From an uncultured Sphingomonadales bacterium (GTDB lineage: Bacteria > Pseudomonadota > Alphaproteobacteria > Sphingomonadales > CAKZYD01), in contig CAZPXQ010000009.1 of the NCBI GenBank assembly GCA_964590595.1, forward strand, positions 5,536 through 69,535: a stretch of 64,000 nt of DNA. The letters are read 5' to 3'. Every line of letters begins with the position of its first letter. Position 1 is the stretch's first letter. Under the pieces are notes generated by a model, which saw nothing but the letters and a program-made list of their open reading frames with translations, did not search any database and had not been told where the DNA came from. The position numbers were made by a program, and so were the translations under genes. Positions 19,382 through 29,923 of this stretch are shown here, one piece after another.

Positions 19382-21265
19382 ATGAAACGCAGTCCGGACG
19401 CACTGGAAAAATTCAGTCTGCAATTGACGCGGCTCGGCGCTGGCCTCAAGCGCCGATGTGCCCGCTTGATCGCCGATCGCCGTGGCATGTCGATGATCAT
19501 GGGTGGCTTCGCGATCATTCCGATGGCGGGCGCGGTAGCCTTGGCCTATGACACATCACAGGCCTATTTGGTGAAGAACCGGCTATCCGTTGCGGTCGAC
19601 GCCGCGGCACTGGCCGGTGGACGGGTGTTTTTCGAAGACACCCGCAATACCGACATCCGCAATTTTTTTAACGCCAATTTTCCGCCAGGCTATATGGATT
19701 CGACGGAATTGGTCTTCGATATTCATGAAAACCAGAATGCCGGGGAAATTACCGTGACTGCCGCGGTTGAAGTTCCCACCACGTTCATTCGCGTGCTTGG
19801 CATCAACAAGGTTCGGGTCAACGCCACCGGCACCACTACGCGCGAGACGTCTTTGCTGGACGCCGTGTTGGCGATCGACGTCTCCGGCTCGATGTTGGAT
19901 CCGGTGCCGGGCGAAAGCACCAGCCGTATCGCCGCCGCGCGCACGGCCGCGACTGAACTGGTGAACATTCTTTATGGCGATCCGCCCAGCCCGAACTTCC
20001 GATTGGGCGTTGTGCCCTGGGGCGGAAAGGTCAACGTGACCGATTTCGGCACCACCTTTGGGCTCGACAGCGGCGGCAATCCCTTGCCGGTTCCAACTGG
20101 CAATGGCACCCCCGGCAGCGGGGCCTTCTGGGCGGTCAGCCTGGGCCAAACCTATGACAACCCCTATCTGGAAACCCATTATACCTTCAATTATTTTGAA
20201 GGCAGCGACTGGGCGCCCAACGATCAATATGTCGCCACCGATCCGCTTGATACATCGATCTCGCCCAATCCCGAGACCGTTTGCGTGCGCTGGCGCTGGG
20301 GTTCGTGCCGGGATTGGGAAACGCGCACCTACCGTAAACGGACGCTGTTTGGCCGCAATCATGACGGCAGTCAGCGCCTGGAGTCGACTTATAACAAGGT
20401 GTGGTACGCACATAATTCGCCGGTACCCCTGTTGACCAGACCGCCGGAAGATTGGACCGGTTGCGTTTATGCCCGTTATGCCTATACCGGCGATCCCAGC
20501 CTATATGATGCCAGTTCAGGCAATTGGGACCCCAATCCCGCCAGCGGCATGAACCGCACGTCCGACGCGGATGAAGCCGCCGATCTGGTTCTGGGGCCAG
20601 TCAACAGCATCACCGATCCGACCAAGCTTGATTGGATGGGGTGGATGCCCATTGGCGCCGAGGGCGAGGAGCCTTCAGGCAGCACTAAATGCGATTCGGC
20701 AATCATGCTGCACCGTAATGAAGGCTGCACGCCATGTCCCAGCGCCGGCGTCCTGCGCTTGCAAAACAACAAGCAAGGCGCGCTCGATATGATTGCAACC
20801 TTGAATGCCGACGGGCCCAATTTCACCAATATGCCGGTTGGCTTGGCTTGGGCATGGCGGGTGCTGATGCCTGCGGAGCCATTCACCGAAGCGTCGGTCA
20901 ATAATGGCAACGTCGCCAATTTCCAACGCAGTCGTGCCTTGATCTTGTTGACCGACGGCGCCAACACCGTGCGCGCGGGCGACGCCTATAACCGCTCCTT
21001 CTCGTCGCAGACCCGCCGGGATAACCGGTTGCGGGAACTGGCGACGATCATCAAGCAAAATGGCACGCCCAATGACAGCCGTGACGATGTGTTGATCTAC
21101 ACCATTCAGTTCGCCAATAATAATTCCGAAGTCACGACCTTGTTGCAGGACATCGCGACATCGCCCGACGCGCCATTTTACAATTACGCGCCGTCGACCG
21201 ATGATTTGCAAAACATCTTCCGCCAGGTTGCGACAAATTTGGCGAATTTGCGGATCTCGCGCTAA
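19382..21265 (+). CDS. tadG: TadG-like pilus-associated adhesin with vWA domain
   Basis: DRRG-hydrophobic pilin-like N-terminus, AVDAAALAG, MIDAS DVSGS...T...LLTDG. Confidence 0.85.
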   Translation: MKRSPDALEKFSLQLTRLGAGLKRRCARLIADRRGMSMIMGGFAIIPMAGAVALAYDTSQAYLVKNRLSVAVDAAALAGGRVFFEDTRNTDIRNFFNANFPPGYMDSTELVFDIHENQNAGEITVTAAVEVPTTFIRVLGINKVRVNATGTTTRETSLLDAVLAIDVSGSMLDPVPGESTSRIAAARTAATELVNILYGDPPSPNFRLGVVPWGGKVNVTDFGTTFGLDSGGNPLPVPTGNGTPGSGAFWAVSLGQTYDNPYLETHYTFNYFEGSDWAPNDQYVATDPLDTSISPNPETVCVRWRWGSCRDWETRTYRKRTLFGRNHDGSQRLESTYNKVWYAHNSPVPLLTRPPEDWTGCVYARYAYTGDPSLYDASSGNWDPNPASGMNRTSDADEAADLVLGPVNSITDPTKLDWMGWMPIGAEGEEPSGSTKCDSAIMLHRNEGCTPCPSAGVLRLQNNKQGALDMIATLNADGPNFTNMPVGLAWAWRVLMPAEPFTEASVNNGNVANFQRSRALILLTDGANTVRAGDAYNRSFSSQTRRDNRLRELATIIKQNGTPNDSRDDVLIYTIQFANNNSEVTTLLQDIATSPDAPFYNYAPSTDDLQNIFRQVATNLANLRISR

Positions 21266-21290
21266 CCGTCTGACTTGCCGTGGTGACGAC

Positions 21291-21329
21291 TGGGGTGATC
21301 TCTGCTAAGGGATCGCCCCAGGCTTTTTT
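21291..21329 (+). terminator. Putative intrinsic terminator
   Basis: TGGGGTGATC-loop-GATCGCCCCA followed by GGCTTTTTT. Confidence 0.5.
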
Positions 21330-21349
21330 GTGGGCTGTTGGATGGAGCC

Positions 21350-22309
21350 ATGAGCGCAGCCGGCCACGAGCGCCGCCGCACCATGCCGCCGGGCGGGCGG
21401 CTCGGTTTTTTCAATGGCCCTGATGGCGCGGCCTTGCGCTATGGCCTGTGGGCGCCGTTGGACGCCCAACCGCTGGGCAGCGTGTTGGTGCTGGGCGGTC
21501 GCGGCGAATTCATCGAGAAGCATTTCGAGACTTATGCCGATCTCCGCGATCGCGGTTTTGGCGTTGCCACCATCGATTGGCGTGGCCAAGGCTTGTCGGC
21601 GCGTTGGCCGGGACTGGCCGACAAGGACCATTTGACCGATTACCGCATGCGGCGGGCCGATCTCGACCTGTTCGTTCGGCAAATTCTGCGCCGCAAATTG
21701 CCGGGGCCCTATTATGCCATCGCCCATTCCATGGGTGGGCATATCATGGCGCACCATTTGCATGATCACCCCAATGATTTTGCCAGGGCGGTGCTGTGTT
21801 CGCCGATGATCGCGGTCAAATTCTCGCCCTTGATGCGGGCCGTGTCAGCGGCTTTGACGGCGCTGATGCACCGGCTGGGCCGCGACGATGCCTATTTGCC
21901 AGGCCAGGGACCTTATGAGGGCCAGCGGCGAGGGTATGAAAGCCGCGATTTTCTCACCACCGACCCCGACCGCTACCGCGATGAGGTGTTGGCGATCGAA
22001 GCCAATCCGGCGCTGGCGCCGGGCGGCATGACCTTCGGCTGGCTGCGGGCGACGATGGCCTCGGTCCGGGCCTTGAACGCGCCCGGCTATCCGGAAGCCA
22101 TTGCAACGCCAATGCTGGTGCTGTTGTCTGAAGACGAGCGATTGGTCGACAATGACGCCGCCATCGCTTTCGCCCAACGCGCGCCGGATGCGCGGGTGGT
22201 GACGATTGCCGGCGCGCGGCACGAATTGTTGAAGGAGAATGACCAGATCCGCCGCCAAATTTGGGGTCAGATCATGCGTTTTTTCAAGACTCCGACGCCG
22301 CCGGTCTAA
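21350..22309 (+). CDS. Alpha/beta hydrolase, lysophospholipase L2 (PldB)-like
   Basis: GRGEFIEK, DWRGQGLS, AHSMGG, GARHEL. Confidence 0.88.
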   Translation: MSAAGHERRRTMPPGGRLGFFNGPDGAALRYGLWAPLDAQPLGSVLVLGGRGEFIEKHFETYADLRDRGFGVATIDWRGQGLSARWPGLADKDHLTDYRMRRADLDLFVRQILRRKLPGPYYAIAHSMGGHIMAHHLHDHPNDFARAVLCSPMIAVKFSPLMRAVSAALTALMHRLGRDDAYLPGQGPYEGQRRGYESRDFLTTDPDRYRDEVLAIEANPALAPGGMTFGWLRATMASVRALNAPGYPEAIATPMLVLLSEDERLVDNDAAIAFAQRAPDARVVTIAGARHELLKENDQIRRQIWGQIMRFFKTPTPPV

Positions 22310-23081
22310 GCACGTCAAGGGCTTGGCGCAACAACGCATCGGTGGCCGCCGCCACCACTTGGCCACCGCCTTGGGCATCGCCGCCTTGCCAGTTGGTCAA
22401 CCGGCCGCCGGCCGCTTCCACCAACGGGATCAATGCTTGCACGTCGTGGGGCTTGAGGCCGCTTTCCACCACCAAGTCGATCTGACCTGCCGCCAATAGG
22501 GCATAGGCATACCAGTCCAGGCCCAGCCGGCGGAATTGGCATTGCTGGCTCAAGGTTTCGAACACGTTGGCTTCTTCGGCACTGAACAAGGCCGGATCGG
22601 TGGTCGCCAGACGGGCGGTGGCCAGGTCCTGGCAGTCGCGGCTGTGGATCGGCGCACCATTCAGCCGCGCTTGTTGGGCGCTGGCCACATAAAGCTCGTT
22701 CAAACAGGGTTGATAGGCCACGCCCAGCACCGGACCGGCGCCATCATTGAGCGCGATCAGAATGCCCCACATTGGCACCCCGGCAATGAAACTGCGGGTG
22801 CCGTCGATGGGGTCGAGAATCCATCGACGGCCCGAAAGGGACGGGCGGGGCGGTCGTTCCTCGCCTTCGATGCCATCTTGCGGGCGGGCTTCGATCAGCA
22901 GCGACCGCATGATATCCTCGGCGGCACGGTCGGCGGCGGTGACCGGGTCGAACGGCACATGCTTTTCTGCCTTGTTATTGATCTCGATCTCATTGTCGCT
23001 GCGGAAATGGGGTAAAATCACTTTGGCTGCTTGATGCGCCAAGTCTTGTGCCAATGCCATGTCATCCATTAGATCCGTCAT
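22284..23081 (-). CDS. hisN: Histidinol-phosphatase HisN / inositol monophosphatase family
   Basis: FDPVTAADRAAE, GEE, WILDPIDGTRSF, DLVVESGLKPHD. Confidence 0.8.
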   Translation of the reverse strand: MTDLMDDMALAQDLAHQAAKVILPHFRSDNEIEINNKAEKHVPFDPVTAADRAAEDIMRSLLIEARPQDGIEGEERPPRPSLSGRRWILDPIDGTRSFIAGVPMWGILIALNDGAGPVLGVAYQPCLNELYVASAQQARLNGAPIHSRDCQDLATARLATTDPALFSAEEANVFETLSQQCQFRRLGLDWYAYALLAAGQIDLVVESGLKPHDVQALIPLVEAAGGRLTNWQGGDAQGGGQVVAAATDALLRQALDVLRPAASES

Positions 23082-23197
23082 GCGTCCGCCATTTTTTGCA
23101 GCCAATTTGAACCCATGGTTCCCTTGAGAACCGTGCGCAAAAGGACCACATTGCGCCTGCAGAGGCAAGCACCGCAAAAGACAGGAGAGCCCGCAAG

Positions 23198-24331
23198 ATG
23201 CAATCGGCTGACTTTCTGATCATCGGTGGCGGCATGGCCGGCGCCACCGCGGCCTATGGTTTGGCGCCACATGGCCGCGTGGTGATGTTGGAAACCGAGG
23301 ATACGCCTTGTTACCACACCACCGGCCGCTCGGCGGCGTTTTATGCCGAGACCTATGGCGGCCCCGGGGTGCAGCCATTGACCACCGGCTCGAAGGCTTT
23401 CTTTGAAAGCCCGCCCGAAGGTTTCAGTCCGGTTCCGCTGTGGCAAAAGCGCGGCGCCTTGCATGTCGCCAAGCCAGGGGCATTGGCGCAAGCGCATGAA
23501 ATGGCCGACGCATTGTCGGCGCTGGCGCCGAGTATCAGTGTTGTCGATGCCGAAGCGGCACGGGCCAAGGCGCCGATGCTGCGGCCCAATGTGGTCGGTG
23601 GTGGCGTGTGGGACCCTGATTGCGCCCTGTTGGATGTCGACGCTCTGCATCATGGATTTTTGCGCGCGGCGCGCCGGCATGATTTCAAGCTGTATTGCAA
23701 TGCCGAGGTTGGCAGCCTGACCCGCCATGATGGGCTGTGGCGCGCTGATACGCCGAAGGGCGTGTTTCAGGCGCCGGTGGTAATCAACGCCGCAGGCGCC
23801 TGGGGCGATCGGCTGGCTAAGCGGGCGCGGGTGGCGCCAGTGGGTCTGACGCCCATGCGCCGCACCATCGTCACCTTTCCGGTGCCCAAAGCCGGGGTCG
23901 ATCCCGATTGGCCACTGGTGCTGGACCTGGACGGCGCATGGTATTTCAAGGCCCAGCATGGCCGCATTCTGGCGTCGCCCGGCGATGAAACGCCATCGCC
24001 GCCCTGCGATGCCCAGCCCGAGGAATTGGATATCGCCATGACCATGGCGCAGATCGAAAAAGTCACCGGCTGGAAGGTTTCAACCCTGAACGCGACCTGG
24101 GCCGGATTGCGCACCTTTGCGCCCGACCGTTTGCCGGTGATCGGTTTCGATGCCGATGCCGAGGGCTTTTTCTGGTGCGTTGGCCAAGGCGGCGTTGGTA
24201 TTCAAACCGCGCCGGCAGTGGCGCAACTGGTGGCGTCCTTGGCAACCGGCGCGGCCCTGCCAAAGTCGTTAACGGCGCTGGGCGTGACCGAATCGCGCTA
24301 TGCCCCGCAGCGTTTGCACGAAGCCGCCTGA
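23198..24331 (+). CDS. FAD-dependent oxidoreductase (DAO/DadA family)
   Basis: IIGGGMAG, TTGRSAA, VINAAGAW, WAGLRTFAPD, GQGGVGIQ. Confidence 0.9.
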   Translation: MQSADFLIIGGGMAGATAAYGLAPHGRVVMLETEDTPCYHTTGRSAAFYAETYGGPGVQPLTTGSKAFFESPPEGFSPVPLWQKRGALHVAKPGALAQAHEMADALSALAPSISVVDAEAARAKAPMLRPNVVGGGVWDPDCALLDVDALHHGFLRAARRHDFKLYCNAEVGSLTRHDGLWRADTPKGVFQAPVVINAAGAWGDRLAKRARVAPVGLTPMRRTIVTFPVPKAGVDPDWPLVLDLDGAWYFKAQHGRILASPGDETPSPPCDAQPEELDIAMTMAQIEKVTGWKVSTLNATWAGLRTFAPDRLPVIGFDADAEGFFWCVGQGGVGIQTAPAVAQLVASLATGAALPKSLTALGVTESRYAPQRLHEAA

Positions 24332-24359
24332 AACCGCTGGGCAGGCCAAGCGCGGCGGT

Positions 24360-24441
24360 TGGATTGCCGCGCCCCTTCGGGCCTCGCGATGACGCAGCAG
24401 CTTCACCATCAATGCGAGTCCCGTAGGGGCGCGGCGGTCCG
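24360..24441. repeat. Degenerate CGTC-tagged REP doublet, same family as 4429-5058
   Basis: A-like 24360-24394 (rev-comp CGTCATCGCGAGGCCCGAAGGGGCGCGGCAATCCA), 12-bp spacer CAGCAGCTTCAC, B-like 24407-24441 CATCAATGCGAGTCCCGTAGGGGCGCGGCGGTCCG. Confidence 0.82.
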
Positions 24442-24455
24442 GGCGCGGGTTGCCC

Positions 24456-25289
24456 CTAATCGACGTTCTTGTTGATCTGATAGACATGCGGATAGGGGAT
24501 GGTAATGCCTTCCGCGTCAAAGCGTTGCTTGACCGTCTTCATCATGTCGAAAAAGATGTCCCAATAATCGCTGCTGGCGGCCCAAACCCGCATTGTCAGG
24601 TTGACAGAACTGTCGCCCAGCGCGCTGACAACGAATGCAGGCGCGGGGTCCTTGAGGCAGCGGGAATCGGCTTCGACACAGGCCCGCAGCACATTCAGCG
24701 CCTTATCGATATCGTCGTCATAGCTGATGCCGAACTCAAAATCGACGCGGCGGGTGTCATGGGCCGAGAAATTGGTGATTGGATTGCCCCAGATCTTGCC
24801 ATTGGGTACCAGAATCTTGCGATTGTCCGGCGTCGCCAATTCGCAGGTGAACAGGGTAATCGTCTTGACCGTGCCATTGATGCCACCGACATCAACATAG
24901 TCGCCATTCTTAAATGGACGGAAGAACAGCAGCAAGACCCCCGCCGCGACATCCGCCAATGTGCCTTGCAAGGCCAGACCAATGGCTAAGCCCAAGGCAC
25001 CGAGCACGGCGATGATGCTGGCGGTCTGGACGCCAAAGCGGCCAAGGATCGCCAACACCGTGAAGGCGATGATGAAATACCGCACCAAGCTGCCCAGGAA
25101 ACCGGTCAGCGTGTCGTCCACCCGGCCGGTGCGCGCTAGCAGCTTGGCAACCAGGCGATGCGCCCAGCCGGCCAGCCACAGGCCGACGATCAATGTGATG
25201 ATAGCAGCAATCAAATTGATGCCCATATTGGCCATCATCGGCCCATATTGGTCGATCAAGGCTTGTACCTCGGCTTCGCCAAATTCCAT
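24456..25289 (-). CDS. mscS: Small-conductance mechanosensitive channel
   Basis: GLAIGLALQGTL, FRPFKNGDYV, VPNG, RRVDF.FGISYDDD, IPYP. Confidence 0.93.
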   Translation of the reverse strand: MEFGEAEVQALIDQYGPMMANMGINLIAAIITLIVGLWLAGWAHRLVAKLLARTGRVDDTLTGFLGSLVRYFIIAFTVLAILGRFGVQTASIIAVLGALGLAIGLALQGTLADVAAGVLLLFFRPFKNGDYVDVGGINGTVKTITLFTCELATPDNRKILVPNGKIWGNPITNFSAHDTRRVDFEFGISYDDDIDKALNVLRACVEADSRCLKDPAPAFVVSALGDSSVNLTMRVWAASSDYWDIFFDMMKTVKQRFDAEGITIPYPHVYQINKNVD

Positions 25290-25324
25290 GTCCACTGTTC
25301 TCCTTATCCAATTTTGTAAATGCA

Positions 25325-25348
25325 GTGGGCGGCCCCAAGGCCGCCCAC
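25325..25348. other. Perfect intergenic hairpin between mscL and mscS
   Basis: GTGGGCGGCC-CCAA-GGCCGCCCAC; weak U-tract, so terminator or mRNA stabiliser. Confidence 0.55.
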
Positions 25349-25364
25349 ATGGTCTCAAACGTCT

Positions 25365-25787
25365 CTATCGTGCTTTCAGGCTGTCACGAATTTCGCGCAA
25401 CAGCAACACATCCTCAGGCGTTGGCGGGGGCGCGCTGGGCGCTTCCTCTTCCTTGGCTTTGAGGCGGTTGATGCCCTTGACCAGCAGAAATACGGCAAAG
25501 GCAACAATGATGAACTCAATCATGACATTGACGAATTGGCCATAGGCGACGGTGACGGCGCCGGCCGCGCGCGCGGCCTCAAGCGTTGGAAATAACGTAT
25601 CGCGCATCGATAGTTGAAAGAAGAAATTGGAAAAATCCACCTTGCCAAGGGCAAGGCCGATCAACGGCATCATCACGTCATTGACCAAGGACGAGACGAT
25701 CTTGCCGAACGCCGCGCCGATGATGATACCGACCGCCAAGTCGACGACATTGCCGCGCATGGCGAATTTCTTGAACTCTTGAAGCAT
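25365..25787 (-). CDS. mscL: Large-conductance mechanosensitive channel
   Basis: [31 protein letters not shown]. Confidence 0.97.
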   Translation of the reverse strand: MLQEFKKFAMRGNVVDLAVGIIIGAAFGKIVSSLVNDVMMPLIGLALGKVDFSNFFFQLSMRDTLFPTLEAARAAGAVTVAYGQFVNVMIEFIIVAFAVFLLVKGINRLKAKEEEAPSAPPPTPEDVLLLREIRDSLKAR

Positions 25788-25899
25788 TTCATTGCGCTCC
25801 CCTGATACGCCCCCGTTGGACGCCAGGTTATTCTAGCGCGCTTGAAAGCGGACGCTAGCGCGTAAATGCACTCAAAAGTTAACCGAGGCGACTTGGCGC

Positions 25900-27738
25900 T
25901 CAGGCACTGGCCGCGCGTTCGGCGCGCTTGCGCACATGGGGGTCCAGATGCCGCTTGCGCAGCCGGATATGATGCGGCGTGACTTCCACCAGCTCATCGT
26001 CATTGATGTAGGACAGCGCTTGTTCCAGGCTCAACAGCCGTGGCGGCGTCAAGGTGACCGCTTCGTCCTTTGATGTGGTGCGAATATTGGTCAGTTTCTT
26101 GCCCTTCAGCGGGTTCACTTCCAAATCATTGTCGCGGCTGTGTTCAGCGATGATCATGCCGACATAGACATCATCGCCGGGTTCAATCATGATTTGACCG
26201 CGCTCCTCGAGATTCCAGAGCGCATAGGCCACCGCCTTGCCGTCGACATTGGAGATCAGCACGCCATTGCGGCGCCCACCAATGGGGCCGCGATGGGGGC
26301 CATAGCCGTCAAATCCCTTATGCATCACGCCGGTGCCGCGGGTGTCGGTGAGAAATTCCCCATGATAGCCGATCAGGCCGCGTGACGGACAGCGGAACAC
26401 CAGCCGCACCTTGTCGCCGCCCGAGGGCTTCATTTCAATCAGCTCCGCCCGCCTTTGATTCAGCTTGTCGACGACCACGCCGCTATAATCCTGGTCGACA
26501 TCGATCTGCACGCGCTCGATCGGCTCCAGCCGCTGGCCGGTCTCGGGGTCCGACTTATACAACACGCGTGGACGCGAGATCGTCAGTTCGAAGCCTTCCC
26601 GGCGCATTGTCTCGATCAGCACGCCAAGCTGCAGTTCGCCGCGCCCGGCAACCTCGAAACTGTCCTTGTCTTCGGCTTCGGTGATACGGATGGCGACATT
26701 GACCTCGGCTTCGCGCAACAAACGGTCGCGCAGGACCCGCGAGGTCAGCTTGTCGCCATCGCGGCCGGCCAGCGGGCCGTCATTGACGCGGAAGGTCATC
26801 GACAGCGTCGGCGGGTCGATCGGGATCGCCTTGATCGACTGGCTCACGGCTTGATGCGCCACGGTTTGGGCGACAGTGGCGTCGGTCAGCCCCGCCAGCG
26901 CGATGATGTCGCCAGGGCCGGCCTCGGTCACCGCCACGCGCTCGAGGCCTTCATAAGCCATCAATTTGGTGGCGCGGCCTTGTTCCACGGTCTTGCCATC
27001 GGCGCTCAACACCTTGATTGGGTCGTTGACGCGGATGGTGCCGCTTTCCACCCGACCGGTGACGACACGGCCTAAAAACGCATCGCGGTCGAGCAGGCTG
27101 ACCAGCATCGAAAAAGGCGCCTCGCGATTGGCCGGGTCGCGCGCCGGCGCCGGCTGCGGCACGTGGCTGACGATCATGTCCAGCAATGGCGCCATCGATT
27201 CCCGGGGCGCGGCTTCGTCCCTGGCCGCCCAGCCGTCGCGGCCGCTGGCATACAGGCAGGGGAAATCAAGCTGGCCGTCATTGGCGTCCAGCGCCACGAA
27301 CAGATCGAACACTTCATTGAGCACTTCATCGGTGCGGGCATCGGGCCGGTCGACCTTGTTGATCACCACGATCGGCCGCAACCCCAGCGCCAGCGCCTTG
27401 CCGGTGACGAATTTGGTCTGCGGCATCGGACCTTCGGCGGCGTCGACCAGCAGGATAACGCCGTCGACCATCGACAAAATCCGCTCCACCTCGCCGCCGA
27501 AATCGGCGTGGCCAGGGGTGTCGACAATATTGATCCGCGCGCCTTGCCACAGCACCGACGTGCATTTGGCCAAAATGGTGATCCCGCGCTCGCGCTCCAA
27601 GTCATTGGAATCCATGGCTCGTTCCGCCACGCGTTGATTGGCGCGGAAGGTTCCAGCCTGACGGAACAAGGAGTCCACCAAGGTGGTTTTGCCATGGTCG
27701 ACATGGGCGATGATGGCAATATTGCGAATTTCAGTCAT
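25900..27738 (-). CDS. typA: Translational GTPase TypA/BipA
   Basis: [44 protein letters not shown]. Confidence 0.97.
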   Translation of the reverse strand: MTEIRNIAIIAHVDHGKTTLVDSLFRQAGTFRANQRVAERAMDSNDLERERGITILAKCTSVLWQGARINIVDTPGHADFGGEVERILSMVDGVILLVDAAEGPMPQTKFVTGKALALGLRPIVVINKVDRPDARTDEVLNEVFDLFVALDANDGQLDFPCLYASGRDGWAARDEAAPRESMAPLLDMIVSHVPQPAPARDPANREAPFSMLVSLLDRDAFLGRVVTGRVESGTIRVNDPIKVLSADGKTVEQGRATKLMAYEGLERVAVTEAGPGDIIALAGLTDATVAQTVAHQAVSQSIKAIPIDPPTLSMTFRVNDGPLAGRDGDKLTSRVLRDRLLREAEVNVAIRITEAEDKDSFEVAGRGELQLGVLIETMRREGFELTISRPRVLYKSDPETGQRLEPIERVQIDVDQDYSGVVVDKLNQRRAELIEMKPSGGDKVRLVFRCPSRGLIGYHGEFLTDTRGTGVMHKGFDGYGPHRGPIGGRRNGVLISNVDGKAVAYALWNLEERGQIMIEPGDDVYVGMIIAEHSRDNDLEVNPLKGKKLTNIRTTSKDEAVTLTPPRLLSLEQALSYINDDELVEVTPHHIRLRKRHLDPHVRKRAERAASA

Positions 27739-27831
27739 AACCAGATGTCCATTTGGAAAAAGCGGCGCAGTATAGGCGGGCGCGCGGTCCATGCAAGGGC
27801 CGTTTCGCATCTGCGAAAAAAACCTTTAGGG

Positions 27832-28923
27832 TCAGCCCAGCGCGGCCAGTGGCGCTGGCTCGCCGCGTTCAACCGGCAGGCCATTGCTGGCCCAGACCAA
27901 ATTGTCGACAAAGCGCGCGGCGCAGGCCGGCCAGCCATAATGCAGGGCATAGCGCCGGCAATCGTCGGGCCGGGCACGCTGCGCGCGCTCGACCGCTTGG
28001 CTTAAATCATGATCCAGCGCGCCTACCGGCTGGATGAATTCCGCTACCGTGCCATGGCCCTGGGCGCCCACCACGTCAAGCGGCCCGGGCACTGGATAAC
28101 CGGCCACCGGCACACCGCAGGCCAGGGCCTCCAGCATCACTAGGCCAAAAGTATCGGTGCGGCTGGGAAACACGAAGACATCGGCAGCGCGATAATGATC
28201 GGCCAGGCTTTCGCCATGCTGGGCGCCGGTGAACACCACTTCAGGATAATCGCGCTCAAGCTGGGCGCGCTGTGGGCCGTCACCGACCACCACCTTGGTG
28301 CCCGTGGTTTTAAGGTCGAGGAATGCACCGATGTTTTTTTCCACCGCGACCCGGCCGACATATAGCAGCAGTGGCCGCGGCAGCGCGTTCAGCGCCGCCA
28401 CCTGGTCTTTGGCCCCGGGCTTGAACAGGTCGAGATCGACCCCGCGCGACCAACGCTTCAAATGCTTAAAGCCGTGCGCGCAAAGTTCTTCCTCCAGCGT
28501 GGCGGCGGCCACCATCACCCCGCTGGAGGGCTTGTGAAACCAGCGCATGAAGCCATAGCCCCAGGCCAACGGCAAGCCACTGCGGACATTGACATATTCT
28601 GGAAATTTGGTGTGATAGGCAGTGGTGAAGGCAAGGCCCCGGCGCAAGCAATAGCGTCGGGCCGCCAGCCCCAGCGGACCTTCGGTGGCGATGTGGATGG
28701 CGTCGGCGCCATAAGCGTCCATCCGCCGCGCCACGCCCTTGGCGGCGCCCATGGCAAGGCGGATTTCCGGATAAGTGGGGCAGGGGATGGTGCGAAAATC
28801 GGCCGGCGAGATGACCACTACGTCAACGCCGTCTTTTTCCAGCAGGCCCTTGACCGTGTCCAGCGTGCGTACCACGCCATTGGTTTGTGGGTACCAAGCG
28901 TCACTAATGATTGCTAGTTTCAC
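27832..28923 (-). CDS. Glycosyltransferase family 4, Agt-like glycolipid synthase candidate
   Basis: DAWYPQTNGVVRT, HIATEGPLG, YHTKFPEY, FPSRTDTFGLVMLEA. Confidence 0.88.
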   Translation of the reverse strand: MKLAIISDAWYPQTNGVVRTLDTVKGLLEKDGVDVVVISPADFRTIPCPTYPEIRLAMGAAKGVARRMDAYGADAIHIATEGPLGLAARRYCLRRGLAFTTAYHTKFPEYVNVRSGLPLAWGYGFMRWFHKPSSGVMVAAATLEEELCAHGFKHLKRWSRGVDLDLFKPGAKDQVAALNALPRPLLLYVGRVAVEKNIGAFLDLKTTGTKVVVGDGPQRAQLERDYPEVVFTGAQHGESLADHYRAADVFVFPSRTDTFGLVMLEALACGVPVAGYPVPGPLDVVGAQGHGTVAEFIQPVGALDHDLSQAVERAQRARPDDCRRYALHYGWPACAARFVDNLVWASNGLPVERGEPAPLAALG

Positions 28924-29858
28924 GCATCACCATCATCGACCAGGGCCGGGGCGGCCAGATTGGGCGCATTGCCCTTGGCATTGGCCTTGGCTTGGAGCCG
29001 GGCTTGCGCTTGATGCGCCCATTCCAGGATCTCCATGCGGCCATCCTTATGCTCGACCAAGGCAGTGCAGCTTTCCACCCAGTCGCCGTCATTATAATAA
29101 ATAATGTCACCGATCGGCTTGATCTCGGCATGGTGAATATGGCCACAAACAACGCCGTGCGCGCCGCGTTCGGCGGCGGCATGGGCAACCGCTTCCTCGA
29201 ACCGGGAGATGAATTCAACCGCGTTTTTGACCTTGAATTTGAGATAGGCCGACAGCGACCAATAAGGCATGCCCAGCCAGCCGCGCACGACATTGACGCG
29301 GTGATTCAAGCTGAGCAGGAACTGGTAACTGCGGTCGCCGAGAAAGGCCAGCCATTTGGCATAGCGGACGACGCTATCGAAGGCGTCGCCATGAATCACC
29401 AGCAACTTGCGGCCGTCGGCGGTCTCATGCATCGCTTCGCCAATGACTTGAATGCCGGCGAGGTCGATGTCGAGATAGTCGCGCAGGGCTTCGTCATGAT
29501 TGCCGGGCACATAAATCACCTTGGTGCCCTTTTTGGCCATTTTCATCAGCCGCCGCACTACGTCGCTTTGCGCTTGCGACCAATAGAGTTTCTTGCGGAT
29601 CTGCCAGCCGTCGATGATGTCGCCGACCAGATACAGGGTTTCGCAGCGATTATGCTTCAGGAAATCGAGCAGGAATTCGGCCTTGCAGCCGCGGGTGCCA
29701 AGATGGGTGTCGGAGATCCAGATGGTGCGGTAATGGCCCTTGCCACCGCCCTTTGGTGTCGGGGGTATGTCGTCGGACCGTTTCCAGGCTGGCGACAGCG
29801 CTTGATCGATCGTGGCCGCAATGCCGCTGCGGTCAAAGGCATGATGCAAACCTGTCAT
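28920..29858 (-). CDS. plcP: Metallophosphoesterase, PlcP/LpxH2-like phospholipase C candidate
   Basis: ISDTHLG, GDIIDGW, GNHD, HGD.FD, CGHIH, NDGDWVES; stop overlaps GT4 start; start position uncertain. Confidence 0.75.
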   Translation of the reverse strand: MTGLHHAFDRSGIAATIDQALSPAWKRSDDIPPTPKGGGKGHYRTIWISDTHLGTRGCKAEFLLDFLKHNRCETLYLVGDIIDGWQIRKKLYWSQAQSDVVRRLMKMAKKGTKVIYVPGNHDEALRDYLDIDLAGIQVIGEAMHETADGRKLLVIHGDAFDSVVRYAKWLAFLGDRSYQFLLSLNHRVNVVRGWLGMPYWSLSAYLKFKVKNAVEFISRFEEAVAHAAAERGAHGVVCGHIHHAEIKPIGDIIYYNDGDWVESCTALVEHKDGRMEILEWAHQAQARLQAKANAKGNAPNLAAPALVDDGDA

Positions 29859-29869
29859 TCTACGGTCAT
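29852..29869 (+). promoter_or_regulatory. Pho box candidate (PhoB site)
   Basis: CTGTCAT-TCTA-CGGTCAT, 11-bp period, at the plcP/lipid kinase divergence. Confidence 0.55.
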
Positions 29870-29923
29870 AATCCCAGTCGACACCATCTCTCGGATGTTT
29901 TTTCATGGCTGTGGGAATATCTT

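Noticed and set aside
22284..22309. 26-bp convergent overlap of the hydrolase and hisN
   Set aside because: Short convergent overlaps are common in compact GC-rich genomes.
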